From assembly GCA_010015585.1 (NCBI GenBank), contig ML975150.1: 64,000 nt of DNA, one strand, 5' to 3'. Under the pieces are notes generated by a model. The model had not been told where the DNA came from and did no database searches. It saw only the letters and a list, made by a program, of their open reading frames with translations. The first letter of the stretch is position 1; the number at the start of each line of letters is the position of its first letter. The DNA is from Eremomyces bilateralis CBS 781.70 (lineage: Eukaryota). Positions 37,798 through 50,800 of this stretch are shown in pieces. The translations under genes were made by a program, and so were the position numbers.

Positions 37798-40507
37798 GGC
37801 GTAGGTGTCTGAGTAGGCGTCGGCGTAGTACTGTCTGACAAAGGTAGAAGCGAAAGGAGGAGTGGCAATTAACAAAGTAGGATGAGTCGGAGGGGACCTG
37901 AGGGAGCGAGCGGCTTTTGAGCAAATGGCGCGCATTGACAATTTCCTGGTGGAAGGCAAGGCCGAACTAATGCGGAGGGGGGGTATATCTTCTTCCTCAA
38001 ACTTAGCAGATGAAGCGGGAAGCCAAAAGCGGAGGGAATTCCGAAGGCAGCAAGTAGCAGCACGGAAGTATTAGCAAATGAAAGGCGAACTGAATGCTTC
38101 ACATATGGGGTCCATGGAAACCACGAGGGTTGTTAGTGACTCGTCGTTGAAAGTCAAACCACAAGTCCCCGATCCAGTCCGAGTCCGAGCAATGTCACGG
38201 CAACAAAACAACCATGAGCCATCAACGATTAACCCACGGACGGGATGGGGGGAGGGGGATGGGTTAATGAGGAGAGGGATGGGGATCCGAAAGGGTCTTT
38301 TTGGAGACGTGACATGACTGGGACCAGGCGGACGACGGTGTGTGGGGTGGCTCACCGCAAAATGACCCCGACAACAGGACCCCGACGGATGGGATGGTCC
38401 TACGATGAATCCCACCAGCTAATACATGCTACAGGAACGCTTTCACGGGGCGAATTGCTGGATCGACGCAGAGTGATGGCTTGCGCTTTATCGTGACCAG
38501 GACGCAGCTGTACGTATCGCATCACTCACGTAATAGTCATGCAGGAGAGAGGGAGGATAAAAGGATTTCACATGCATGCGACAGCAAACCAGCACCTACG
38601 TATTTTTCCCTCATTCCACGATCACGATGATGACTCTTATCCCCTGTTTCAATCTGATCCGACCATATTATTTTTTTCTCGAAAAAGTTGAGTGGAGTTA
38701 TGGGTTGATGGGCTGAACAGGGGAGGGTTAGTTGGGTTCCGATTGATGTGCACAGTGCATCGGACATGGCTAGGCCAGGGTGCCCCCCGGCCCCGTGGAC
38801 TCGCAGGGGTTCGCTTCACAGAGTCAAGAATCAAGTCTCAACTCTCAACTCTCAAACCGCAACGAGTCAAAGGTGTTAATTACTGGTGTCAGAGTGGGCT
38901 CATGTACAGGTGCCGGTTTTGAGACTATCGCGTGCTTTCTCCTTTTTCCTTTTCCCTTTTCGCAGAACGACTCGCTTCGTAGAATTTACCCTTTTGGGGA
39001 CTACTAATTCCGCATTCGCCGGATCGGCTTGGTCGGTGATCCTCCTGTCCTTCTTCGCTTCCCTCGCTTGCTTTCCCGAGTCCCGACACGCCATTATTGC
39101 CCCTGCTAAGTTTCAGGTACCCAGTATTAGTGAGTAACGGTGTCCGGTAGTCAGTAAACAGCCTGGAGGACTGGGTCGAGTTGCATGCATCTCGGGTCCC
39201 TGCGAAATCTTCGTCTCACCACCCTCACCACCCTCACCATCTCAACCTTGGGGGTTCACGATATCGATATCGATATCGTTGCTCGGTGCCTAGGGACTGC
39301 AATATCTCCCCAATCCTGTCTATCGAATCTCTTGTCATCCCGACTGCCATCCATCCGGATTCCGGACATTCTCGCGCCCACTCTAGAACGAATGAACGAT
39401 CCATGGTACACGATGTGACCGTGGTTCGCTGGATGCATGTGCCGGTGTGGATTCCCACCCGGCGTGCATGTTCGCAATTCATCTGTGTGATCAAACCTGC
39501 TTCCTATTTCTCCCGAAGCCCCCCGATCGCTCACCCTGCCGTCTCCGCATCATCATCTGCCGCCAATTTACAGAATTACGGGTCGACTCGCCGACCACGA
39601 AAAGGCTCCACGAAAAGCCAAGCCGCATGGCGGTTGAATGCTAGCAATGCATGCTCCGCATTTCGACTCATTCGATGGAGCACTCTCGCGCTCGAAAATC
39701 TGGGGTAATTAGACGATGGTTTCGGCAACACCTTGATTGCATGCAGCTTTCATATGGAGCTCCGAGCGGCTGGGGCGCCGCCCAGATCGGTAGGGAGCTG
39801 CGCTGTTGGGCATTCGACGGGATGGACAGAACTTTGACTTTGATGATTGCGAATCGAGGCGCTCCGAAAGGTTTTGCAGGTGCATCCGTAAGTCCGTTAG
39901 GCATGCCAATGAATCGTCGGGGTCGCAATTCGCAACATTGGATTACCAATTCATTCAATTGTCCGACGGAGCAGGAATCACTTTGGACGCAAACCGCTCC
40001 GTTGTTGAGCGCCTCTGTTACGACCGTACGAGTCACGGTAAGCTGCGTGTACATTCCGTTGTGCCAGGGTTAGCTTGCGCACAGAAGATCTGGAAATAGG
40101 ACCTGGTTAAGGAGGTACCATCTTAGATGGATTCGAAAATCGATGGTTGGAATGAATTTGGACTTCCTTTGAATAGAATCACTACACTTTACCAGTTCCC
40201 AGCACAACAGGTAAACCACAGCGGTTCGATAGAAACATCAAGCTTCGTGATGAGCGTGTGCAGTGGACGGATGCGATGGCATCTGCTGTTGCCCATTCAG
40301 GAACATGTAGATCGCCCGAATCCTTACGTCACCGCCAACGGAGGAAACTCATTCGTCAGAGACCGGATTTCCTTGGAACATGAAGCTTCACACTGAGCTT
40401 CTTCCAACCGCATATCTTCACAACATGTCTTTCGCACACGTCCTCTAGGTCGCCTTTCGATCTCCGGACTGTCCATTACTGCATCAGTCCGAAACCTCGC
40501 CGTGGTC

Positions 40508-42803
40508 ATGTCTTCATGTTTCGGCTTCCGCAGGTCGACCGCCCAGGATCGGGAGCCTTTGCTCCCCCAGTACCACGATGACACCCAGCGCCAACATGAG
40601 CTGCACAAGAAACTGCATTCCTATCAGATTCTCCGAGCCCTCCGCAAAGGTTTCATGCCGTCGAACGAGCAATTGATCGTCAATCTGCGCACCTTGCTAG
40701 CTGCAGATGTTTTGAACCCGCAGTCGCAAGATCTGAGCCAATCCGGCCGGCTCCTCATTCAGCGAACCAAAAGATTGCTGCAGCAGTTCATGGACCTCTT
40801 GCAGCACAAGAACTCCGAGGACCAGATCCAAGACTTTCTTTGGTTCCTTCCGAAAGCGAATTTGTCGTTGGATGCCGGCGATATATCTCGCCAAGCCTCC
40901 ACGGCACGTGCAAGGGCGGATACAGCTGCAGGTATACGTTAACGACCATCCCTCAGGGCGCCTAATTGGCACCGTATTAATCCGAACTGCAGCATACCAA
41001 AGCCTCCACACCGTCGGCTCCCTTCTCCTCACCAATTCCGACTTCCGGATCTTCGTCTCTGATCTGACCACGGTCGGTCGCGAGGTGTTCAGGGATACGG
41101 CGTTTTCGCTATCAGGGGTTGCGGAAGAAGCAGGAAGACGGCTAGATCCGCCGAAAGATGAGCAAGATGCTCTAAAATTCCCCGGGGAAGATGCAAGACA
41201 CAGCCCTTCCGGCGACGACGTCACCAGAGAAGTTGCCGAGGTATCTCACGAGGTCCAGACCGGCGCCGTTCATGTCGTCCAAGAGGCTAAGGACAGTCTG
41301 GCCGACAAACTGCACGGCGGCGAAAAAGACACGCTTGTACATCGGTTGAAGCAAGCTGTCGCTAGTTTGAGGAAGAGGCCCGATTACGATGATTCCGTCT
41401 CCACAATTGCGATGTTGCTCAAACGGTACGTGCTGGTGTACACGCGTGCCCTGGAGGACACGGTAAGCACGGCGGAAAGTGACGTCCACGTCAATTCCGA
41501 GATGGAACTTGCCATGAAAAACTTCTGGAGCTTCCTGATCTCGTTTGGCGACCGGCATGAATGGCAGAAACTCGAGGAGAAAGCCAAACATGTGATCGAT
41601 CAAACCAAACATGACCCTGAGTTCGAGGGTTTACTGGTTGATGTCGGGAATTCCCTCGAGGGTCTGTTAAAGGATCCGGAATTCTTTGACCACATCGAAG
41701 AAAGATTCCAAGAGCTACGGGTAAAATCTGAGAAAGCTGGTAAGCAGTCGAGCCTTCGTCAAGAAGTCGAGGAGCTGTTGCACCAAATCTCTATCACGTT
41801 CCAGAGCGTCGTTCGCGACGACGACATTTCCAAGCTACTCCAGACTGCACTGTCCGTGGTCCATCTCTTTTCCCCGCAGGGGGAGTATGTCAATGACGCT
41901 CTGCTTTCCGATTCCCTGTCTGTCTTTATCCCTCTCGTCATCCAAGCCGTTCAATATGTCCCCATTCCACGACTTGAAGTATCTACCCCTGAAATCGACC
42001 TTCTCCTTGAGAACCTCATCCTCGAGCCCGGCAAAACCATCAACCACACTTCCTTCCTGCCCTACAAACTCGATCTCAACACCGTCAACAACGTCACCGT
42101 CCGCGCCGCCCATGTGCACACCGTATCCACCGTCACCACCAGCATCACAGTGACCCTCTCCGGCCTAACCCTCTGCGCCTCGGAGCTCGGCTTCTGGTTC
42201 CGCCTCCACAAATTCCCCCTCTTTCTCACCTCCTCCGGCCTCGCCAACTTCGCCCTCGACAACCGCGGCCTCGACCTCTCCTTCACCATCGACATACCCC
42301 GCGGCCCCGGCCTCTCCCGCCCCGATTCCATAGCACGCCTCCGCGCTGCCCGCGCGCACGTCCATCAACTCGACTACTCCCTTAAGCAATCAAAACTCTC
42401 ACCCCTCCTGTGGCTGCTGAAGCCCATCCTGCGCCCGCTTCTGAAGAAGACGCTGGAGTGGCGGATCGCGAACGCGGTAGCGGACGGCCTTCGCGCTCTG
42501 GATCGGGAGTTCGTGTTTGCGAGGGAGCGGCTGAGGGCGACGAGGGTTGCGGAGCCGAGGGATTTGGTGACGTTCTTGAGGGCAGTGGCGGCGCGGTGGA
42601 CGCCGGAGGAGGATCCGGAGGTCTATACGAGAGTGGGGGTGGATGAGCCGGGAGCAGGTGTGTTTAGGGGTCGGTATGCGCCGGGGAGCTTGGTGAAGCT
42701 TTGGAAGGAGGAGGCAGGGGAGGCGGCGGTTAAGGTGGAGGAATGGGATCGTGGTGGGTGGCGGAATTCTGTTTTCGATGTCCACGGCGTTACGATGGGT
42801 TGA
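40508..42803 (+). CDS. DUF4449/DUF5923 family (BPI/TULIP-like fold annotation) protein; exons 40508-40931 and 40993-42803
   Basis: LHKKLHSYQILRALRKGFMPSNEQL, LLLTNSDFRIFVSDL, YVPIPRLEVSTPEIDLLLENLILEPG; intron GTATAC...CAG joins the two ORFs in frame; family recalled, not searched. Confidence 0.8.
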
Positions 42804-45800
42804 GCGTGTAACAGGACTTTCATGGTCAAATTGTGTATTGTGGTATTGAACTCAAAGTTGTTTAGTCGACGTACTAGCATACATAGGTACATATAGGCAA
42901 CATCGGAACTGGGGAGACTTATTCGAATATTCGGAAATAATATGTAGATACGAATCGAAACGAGAAAACCCATCTATGATGGGTCAAGGCATAAAAGTTA
43001 CTTTAAAGTATCCAGTATTCCCTGAATCTTATGTCGCATAGACTTAATATAGTACGGCTCTTGATGTATATCTCCCCATTTTTCGTTTATATGCCTTTTT
43101 GCAGCAGGATAGGCCTTGAGAACTTTTATTGTACACATGATCTCAATAGACCAATTCGTCAGCAGTCCCTCTTCTTGATGCTAAGTCTTCCACCAAAACT
43201 TCCGTCAACCCTGACACTCCTCAGACCGAGGAGATTACTGAGTTCCCATATGACATTGCCTTCTGCGTTCTGAAGCATCCTCCAGGGGCCGACTATGGAG
43301 TATGGCTGAGGTAGGCGATACGAGAAATCAAGCCGTCCGTCATGTTCAAGAAATACACCTCGGGTAATAGAAATTAAGTAGGCCCTCTCAATAATGCCTA
43401 CTCAATTGCACTGCTCCAACAGCCAATTGAAGGAAGCTTCTGTTCCCAATGCAGCTTGGGAGTACCGGCGATGAGAATCCGCGGGGATGCCAGTGGAATA
43501 AGCACCAGCAATAAATTAATAGTGCAACCTCACCGTCATCCTTCTCGCGTCGCTTAGTTGTTTTGGGCCACGATCTATGATTTCACTTCTTAAAAGGAGA
43601 GGATAGCTCGTACACCATTTTATCGACTGTCCTGTCTCGACTTCAGCATTGTAGGGAGAAAAGCATCTGATATTCATAACTGAACTGAATTCTGTACTTC
43701 CGCGGCGAGTAATGGTATCCCACCAGTGTAGTGGTGGACGCCTTTAAGCACAACTAAGCCGGAGACCTGATGAAGGGCAACAGTCTCCACCAAACATCCG
43801 TTTCCAAGATGGATCCTGATCTGGAAGGAGCTCGCATGGTGCAGCGACCCCTGGTCGTCCCAGCCCACTGGAGCCAGCTTGCCGGGCGCTTTCCCTGCCG
43901 ATCAAGGGGTGGGGGCACGGCTAAATCCCGGAGATAGCACGCTAGCAGGACTTTAATTGAACTTCATCCCGTCCCATCTTCATCGTGATTGTAGATTTCT
44001 AGACAATGCTCGCTTCAACGCGTTGGTTATTCCCAAACTTACTAGCGTGGCTGGTGAGGCGAAGCAGGATGACTTGACATACTCCCATCTCAAGTCTCAG
44101 CGTTGTCTCGCAGCAGGAGAACCACCTCGGGACTCGCGCATCGTCTGGCTCTCAGGAGACAGTGCTCCATCGTAGCCTATGAGGTTTGTCCGCGGTAGGT
44201 GTTATAAGAAGTACGGCGAGACGCCAACGTTTTCATATATGTTGTATGTCATATGGTGTTTGTCGTTCTCGTTGCCTTAAGTCGTCGTCGCCCTGAGCTC
44301 TACGGACCCGCAATAAAGCTACCTTTCATGCGTGTTTGCGATGATTTCATACGATTCTTGACGAGGGGCTCCGGCACGTTCCATTTCGAAACGGGATGCA
44401 TCCAGGTGGTTCCTAAATGCCGTTGTTTGCCTCCAACGTCTCTTTGTCCCGATCAATGCATGCTCCTTGTGGTCTCCTATCCAACCAAGGGAGAAGCAGC
44501 TGGCAGCGAGGTTGGGTTCTGATTGCATTATCTCCCAGAGCTCTGGATGGTCGAAGCATGTCTATGTGCAGTGCTATGCAGAGAATCTGAGGCATCTTGT
44601 CGCCTCATCGCCTTACGAGGCTAGCAAGGCGCTATTGTCACAATCACCACGTGCCCCTTCGGATATTGGGCTTGGAGCTCCCCCGCACCAACCTCAGCCA
44701 TAACAAGACCCAAAGATATCTGCAAGACGCATGTTTGCTCCACCTCTTTCATCGATTTGTTTTCTCCAGAGACAATGACCGAGGCCCTGGATTCGACGGG
44801 CGTCGAGACACATCGTCACGAGCTTTGAAACTGCAGGAACAGTCTAGATGCCACAACGGAGATCATCCTCGCGCTCCGGTCCGGAATGCAACCACCCAAC
44901 GTTTTGGTTGGTTGCATGATGATCGTGTCCTCGCGGCCTCGCCCCTGGACTTGATCAATCATCAGGAGCCCCACGCAAAACGCATCTGTACGTCAATATT
45001 CCACGCTGACGTGACTTTCACTACCTATCCAACCCCACTGACATCCTCAACAAGAACAACCCGTTTCAGATCACTTGGCTGCTCAATGCGCCTCTGGGTT
45101 TCTTGTTGATGATGTTGTGGCGCAGGAGCTCAAAGCCGCTGGAACGGAAAACACTATCGTTGCTGCAAGACCTGTAGGTGAGTAGACTAGTGGTGACTTT
45201 TGAATCTGTCCGCGTCTTGAGACTTCTAACGACTTGTCCATTAGCTTGAGGCCGACGACTGGAGAAGATCCTTACTGGACCGAGCTGTGATGAGTAATTC
45301 GGATCTTGTACGGTGCGGCAGACTTCTAACGGTGAGATTGACATTCCGGGATGCTGAAGTTGACTCCGCTAATCCAGCCTTACCCATCTCAATTGGGAGA
45401 AGAGGATTTCCGCTTGTCGACGCCGATTTCTGGCGACGCCCTGAGATTTCATAAAAGCTCCCCAACCTTCGCGGAACTCCTAACTAGACTCGCCCTGGAA
45501 CCAAGAAGCACGCGAGCTCAACAGCCCCTTGGTCTCCCACTGAGTGTAAGTCTGCGGTTGATGATAACTGGTTATGATCCATATTGACTAGTGCCGGATT
45601 CATTGATAGGATCCATGTTGCAGTCTGAACTGAAACCTCCTCTCGTCCCTTGATCAGCGGCTAGCGGAGAGTTCGCTCCCACTGCAGCTCACCATGCCTG
45701 TAGGGACAGGGGCCTCCATTCAGGGGTTGATAAGCCAGGAACCAAGGAAACACTGGCTATTACGACCACATTCCAAACGATCCCCCAATACCCGCAATGC

Positions 45801-46109
45801 TTGTTTTGTTGTCGATTGCAACATCGCGACCGCCTTTGGCACAGCCGGAAATGTTAAGAGGCCATTCGAGTCGTCGAGATTTTTCTTCCCCATATTGACC
45901 CGAGGCTTGGCGTTGAGACCCCAAGCAACACCTGTTGTATCGCAATACTAGAATAAGCGCTGCTTGTTTTCCCAAGTCGCTCTACCATGCGGCTGGGTCG
46001 ACTGTTGGTCTCGTCTTCAAGGCAAACCGCTCCCTGGTAAGGCAAGACAGAGGCCGACGCCCCATCCTTCTGTGTCCCAAGCCGGGGATCGAGCGTTCAG
46101 TCATATTGG

Positions 46110-47441
46110 TCAAGCCCATATTTTGAACCCCTATTAACGAGAGGACCATTAGTCAGCTCCGGACCAAGCCCAGGAGCCTTTGGACTAGTTCCACCCCGAA
46201 AGTGCAAGAGTTGTCCGAGGATAAAAGGGTGCCCCCCTCTCAGCCTCCTGCACTTAACAAGCCGACGTATCACCAGGTCTGCGCCGATTGCATCATCGCG
46301 GTATTGTAGCCTTCAAATGACCATCTCTTCGAACCCCCAAGGTTTGTGCTTCAACTACATCCGCTCAAACAGATCGTCGACATCGGCTGAACCGCCGAAA
46401 ATGATATGGAGCTATCGGGATATATCGACTCGAGTGTCCACATCGTTTAGCGCCGGTACATGTCGTTCTCGGTAGGGGCCTCTAGTCCTGCCCTATGTAG
46501 CGCAGGCTTTGTCGAGGACGATGTTGTAGTATCAAGTGTACTGACTGCCGTATTCTATATGGTGCAAGGGTCGCTCTCGGTGGTTAGCCCTCAGCTCCAC
46601 TCCATGCTTTTGAATTTACAGCCCACTCACCTCGTGTAGTTACGGATACCGTTGTCCATGGGATATAGCCAGGTTACCGCAGTCGGTTCTAGTCGAACGC
46701 ACAGAAGTTCCTTCGGTTCAGGGGTTCAAATCAGTGCTTGTGCCGAATCAACGCAATTCCGGACCGGGACTCCCCTGCCGTGGCCTGCATTCTTGGCCCT
46801 CGTCTTGCTGTCTAGAGAGCGCTTTGTGTCAAGGGGCTCGTCGCCTCGATTGTCCTTCCTCCTGTTCTTGGGTCCCTCAGGCCTAAGGGTTCCGGTATGT
46901 ATGTCCAAGCCTTCCAGAGTTTGAGAAACCTTTGCAAGCTTTAGACACAATCCGAATTGCGGCTATCCGCAGAAATTCCGAACGTGACCCGAAGAGCAAA
47001 CTCGGGTATAGTGCCTCGATGGCGGTTTGCTCCCCAGACTTTGTTCGGACTTCGCTCTAGGGGTTATGCGTGCATGTAAAGTATCACCGCCTTCCCGTAA
47101 GGGATATTGGGATATCGCTGCCTCTGTGCCTGCACGAATCGGTCAGAGGTCTCATCGGGAGATACCCGTCGATTGGGCTGGAAGGTATGTCGATGGCTTG
47201 GTCCCTTGTCCCCTTTGTTACGCTTAACTTCATTTGATTGCTGAACCCCTGATGATAATATAGGTGATCTCTTGGAGGTCTTTGATGGTGTTTCTTTTAC
47301 CTTGGAGCTGAAAGCCGCTCGATCTCTGCCATTCCCGTCAGTGGATGTTAGTTGCTCTCCTTCCTCCCAGGCAGTTCGACGACGAGAGAGGGGAGGTATG
47401 GGCCCTATTGATGACCTTCGAATGGAAGATAAGTCAGTCAA
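46110..47441 (-). pseudogene. Possible decayed gene divergent from DNMT5
   Basis: Coding-like frame HVPALNDVDTRVDISR*LHIIFGGSADVDDLFERM*LKHKPWGFEEMVI*RLQYRDDAIGADLVIRRLVK (about 46460-46250), a GTGAGT donor near 46630 and short upstream ORFs; no family recognised. Confidence 0.3.
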
Positions 47442-47838
47442 ATTGAATCATATTAACAAAGAACCCCCTCGCCGCTTGAGCATACCCTGACCTTGATATT
47501 TTGGGCTGCTTCACAAAGTATAGGTTCGATATACATACAGCACGTGCACCCCTCTTACCAGGCGGAACACCCACTCCCGCAATACTTTCGGTATTCCACA
47601 GACACCTGCAACATCACAGCATGCCTTAGCGCCTCACTCGAATCCCCCGAAATCGATGTGGTGATCTATCTTTTCCACTCGTTCGCACTGATTTTCAAAA
47701 ACTTCACTCTTCTCTTGTTCTCACAACAGTAGCTTCACTTTTGACGAACTTCATCGACTCTGGATACTTTTCATCCTTTTGTCTTACAGACGTTCATCTT
47801 GCTCTTTTGACGCTTTACAATTCTTTCATACCTCAAAA

Positions 47839-50800
47839 ATGCCTCCCAAGCAGATCGGAAAGCGTAAGCAGGACGATCTTCCTGCGGGCGATCCCACCGC
47901 GTCCTCAACGCTTCCTTCTGACGATGCTCCTGCCCCTGCGAAGCGAGCGAGGATAACGCGTTCGTCCAAAGCGACCGTGCCTATCGATGAACCAACTCCG
48001 ATGGATATCGATGATCCCGACATCGTCGACGATCCTGATGGTGTCACCGATAACCCTGGCGGCTACAAGCCATCTCCCTCGATCAAGAAACATCAGCCAA
48101 AAACACGGGCTTCTACCAAGGTCAAGGCTCCTCTGGCACGGCAGCAATCCGATGAGAGCGATACTGATGGCGATAATTCAGCGGGTAAGCAGACATTTCA
48201 TTTATCCCCCTTACATCGGCCACCTCATTGTGGCATCCCGATAAGCCATTTAGCAGAATGCAGGATTTCAGGCATGCTTTCTCATCCATTCTGAAGAACA
48301 TCACTGGCTCTGCCACACTGCTTGACAGCTACATATCATACCCTTATCGAATCTCACTACTCTGTCACGTCAACACTGCCCACCAACACAATGTCACACC
48401 AACAAACACACTGCCACGCCAATCCTCCTGGATTTCCAGCTACAGTTCCAGTAAAGCCCCATGATATCGCTTCGATATTCTTGCTGTCGCATAAGGATAT
48501 CGTGACAAGTCACCATTATTATACTTCCCATCGATGCTTCTTATGTTAGCTTGCGACCAGTCAATCAGTCTCCTATCTTCCAATGCCGTCAATTTAAGGC
48601 GCTAGATGTGGTGGCCGACTCGCCTCACTAGTGGCTCGGCGTTTTGGCTTACACAAAAAATGACTTCTGTCCCCGGGATGTCCCCATTATCCAACCACTT
48701 CAGCCAGCCAGTACCCTTCCCCTGAATTTACGCAACATCGTCGCGCGAGCAAAGCCCCTTTTGTACTCTTCATGGATTATACCGATGCCAGCAAAACACA
48801 TTTTACATCGGCGACTTCAAAACAGCTCAACCCCTTTCCTTATGTTAAATTGCTCCGTCATATAGCTTGCATGCCAACAATCTCCCGCTTTATCACCATG
48901 GCCCCCAAGTTTTCCCTCCATTATCCTGGCTCTCCTTACATTCAACGCAATCATTCCTGGAACCTTTTCTTTTTTGGCATCTTCTCACGGTTTTCAATCC
49001 TTTTCGCGAAACCCTTTGCATCAGTGCTCGCTTCCTCCCATCGACTTCTTTCCAAACCCCCCTCATGCTTGTCATTCCAGGTTAAACCATGCGGACTGAA
49101 AGCACCACATTTCTTCTGATGCTAACAACATATAGATGACTCGGGTTCTGTCGATGGAGACGGCGCTGGGAATGCATCAACCAAAGTCCTAGCGCTGAAC
49201 GATGAGCAGAAAATAGCGCTCAAGAAGCCAAAAATCGATTTCTCCCTTGCACCGATAACCGATGTCAAGGACATGTTCGAAGACATGGTAGGGCGTGCAT
49301 TGGGTGCCAACCTGGACGCGGCCGCGGCAAAATTTGGCAACAAGCCGCTCCGTGTTGCGACGATGTGCTCAGGCACAGAGAGTCCCCTTCTTGCATGGAA
49401 AATGATCAATACCGGCCTTGAGAGCAACATGAAACGCCGCATCGAATTTAGTCACGAATTCAGCGCCGAAATCGAGCCGTTCAAGCAAGCCTATATCGAA
49501 CGGAATTTTGATGTTTCACTGTTATTCAAAGACGTCGTCGAGATGACTCGAAAGAAATTCGAGAAGGCGACCACCGCATATGGTAGAGAGGCGGAAATCC
49601 CTGGAAATCTCGATTTCCTCATTGTCGGATTTTCTTGCGTCGACTTTTCGAACCTTAATACCAACAAGAAAACCCTCGAAGCAGACGGGCAATCTGGCCA
49701 AACCTTCCGTGCCGTTATCGGATATGCGGAGAAGTGGTATCCGAATATCATTCTTGTGGAGAACGTCTCGGGATGCAAATGGGACGGGCTCAAAACAAGC
49801 TTCGATGCGATTGGCTACGAGTTCGAGTGGGTGAAAGTAGATACTAAAGACTACTATATTCCGCACACTCGTCAGCGAGGCTATGGCATCGTTGTCCGTC
49901 GTGCAATCTTCAGTAGCCCAACGGATGCGAGGAAAGCGGTAGAAGCTTGGAAACGCCATCTGACAGTAACGTTCAAACGTCCTGCTTCGTCAACATTCAT
50001 CGACTACCTGCTTCCCGAACATGACCCACGAATTCAGAAGGCCAAGTGGGACCGGGCAGCGAAAAAGTCAAATAACACATCTTGGGAAGCGTCTCAGGTC
50101 CGCCATGAAGAAGTGCGCCAAGATTTGGGATTGGGTGACAAACGCGAGTTCCTCAAGTGGGTTTCCAATGGGGGATGCCGACCGCGAGAGTACATGGACA
50201 GAGACTGGATTCTCAGAAGAGCCGAACGAGAATTGGACCTTTTGGAAGTTGTCAACCTTCGGGCGATCTGTGAACTGGAAGTCGACCCTGAATTTAAGGC
50301 GATGGTCTTCGACATTTCACAAAACCCAGAGCGTCTCATGAACGCCTACCCACAACACGTTATCAATTGCATCACGCCACGAGGTGTCAAGTACCTGACC
50401 TACAAGGGCCGTTCGCTTACTGGATTCGAACTTCTTCACCTACAAGGCATTCCCATCGACACAATTTCTCTAACCAACGAGACGGACGAGGAACTGTCCG
50501 ATCTTGCAGGGAACGCGATGAGCACGACTGTCATCGGAGCCTCCATATTGTCCGCCATGTTGGCGGTATTCCCGCTGCGGAACCCGAATCCGGCTAGTTC
50601 TTCGAATACCAAGGATTTGAACGGACACGCAAACAATGGGATTCTACCAGCAAAAAAGCGAGATGAGAAGAAAACGGCGAAGAAGGTCAAAACATTCAAG
50701 TCCGACTTCCACCCTCCCCTGGAGCCGTATGCGGGCGGCGACGACGATCCACGAGCCAAGGATTGGAACCCAGATGTCATGCCCGGCAAATACGACGATG

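Noticed and set aside
38626..38717. C/D-box snoRNA candidates (ATGATGA...CTGA here and at about 44916-45009)
   Set aside because: No terminal stem and no rRNA-complementary guide recognisable by eye; a snoscan/Infernal search would be needed
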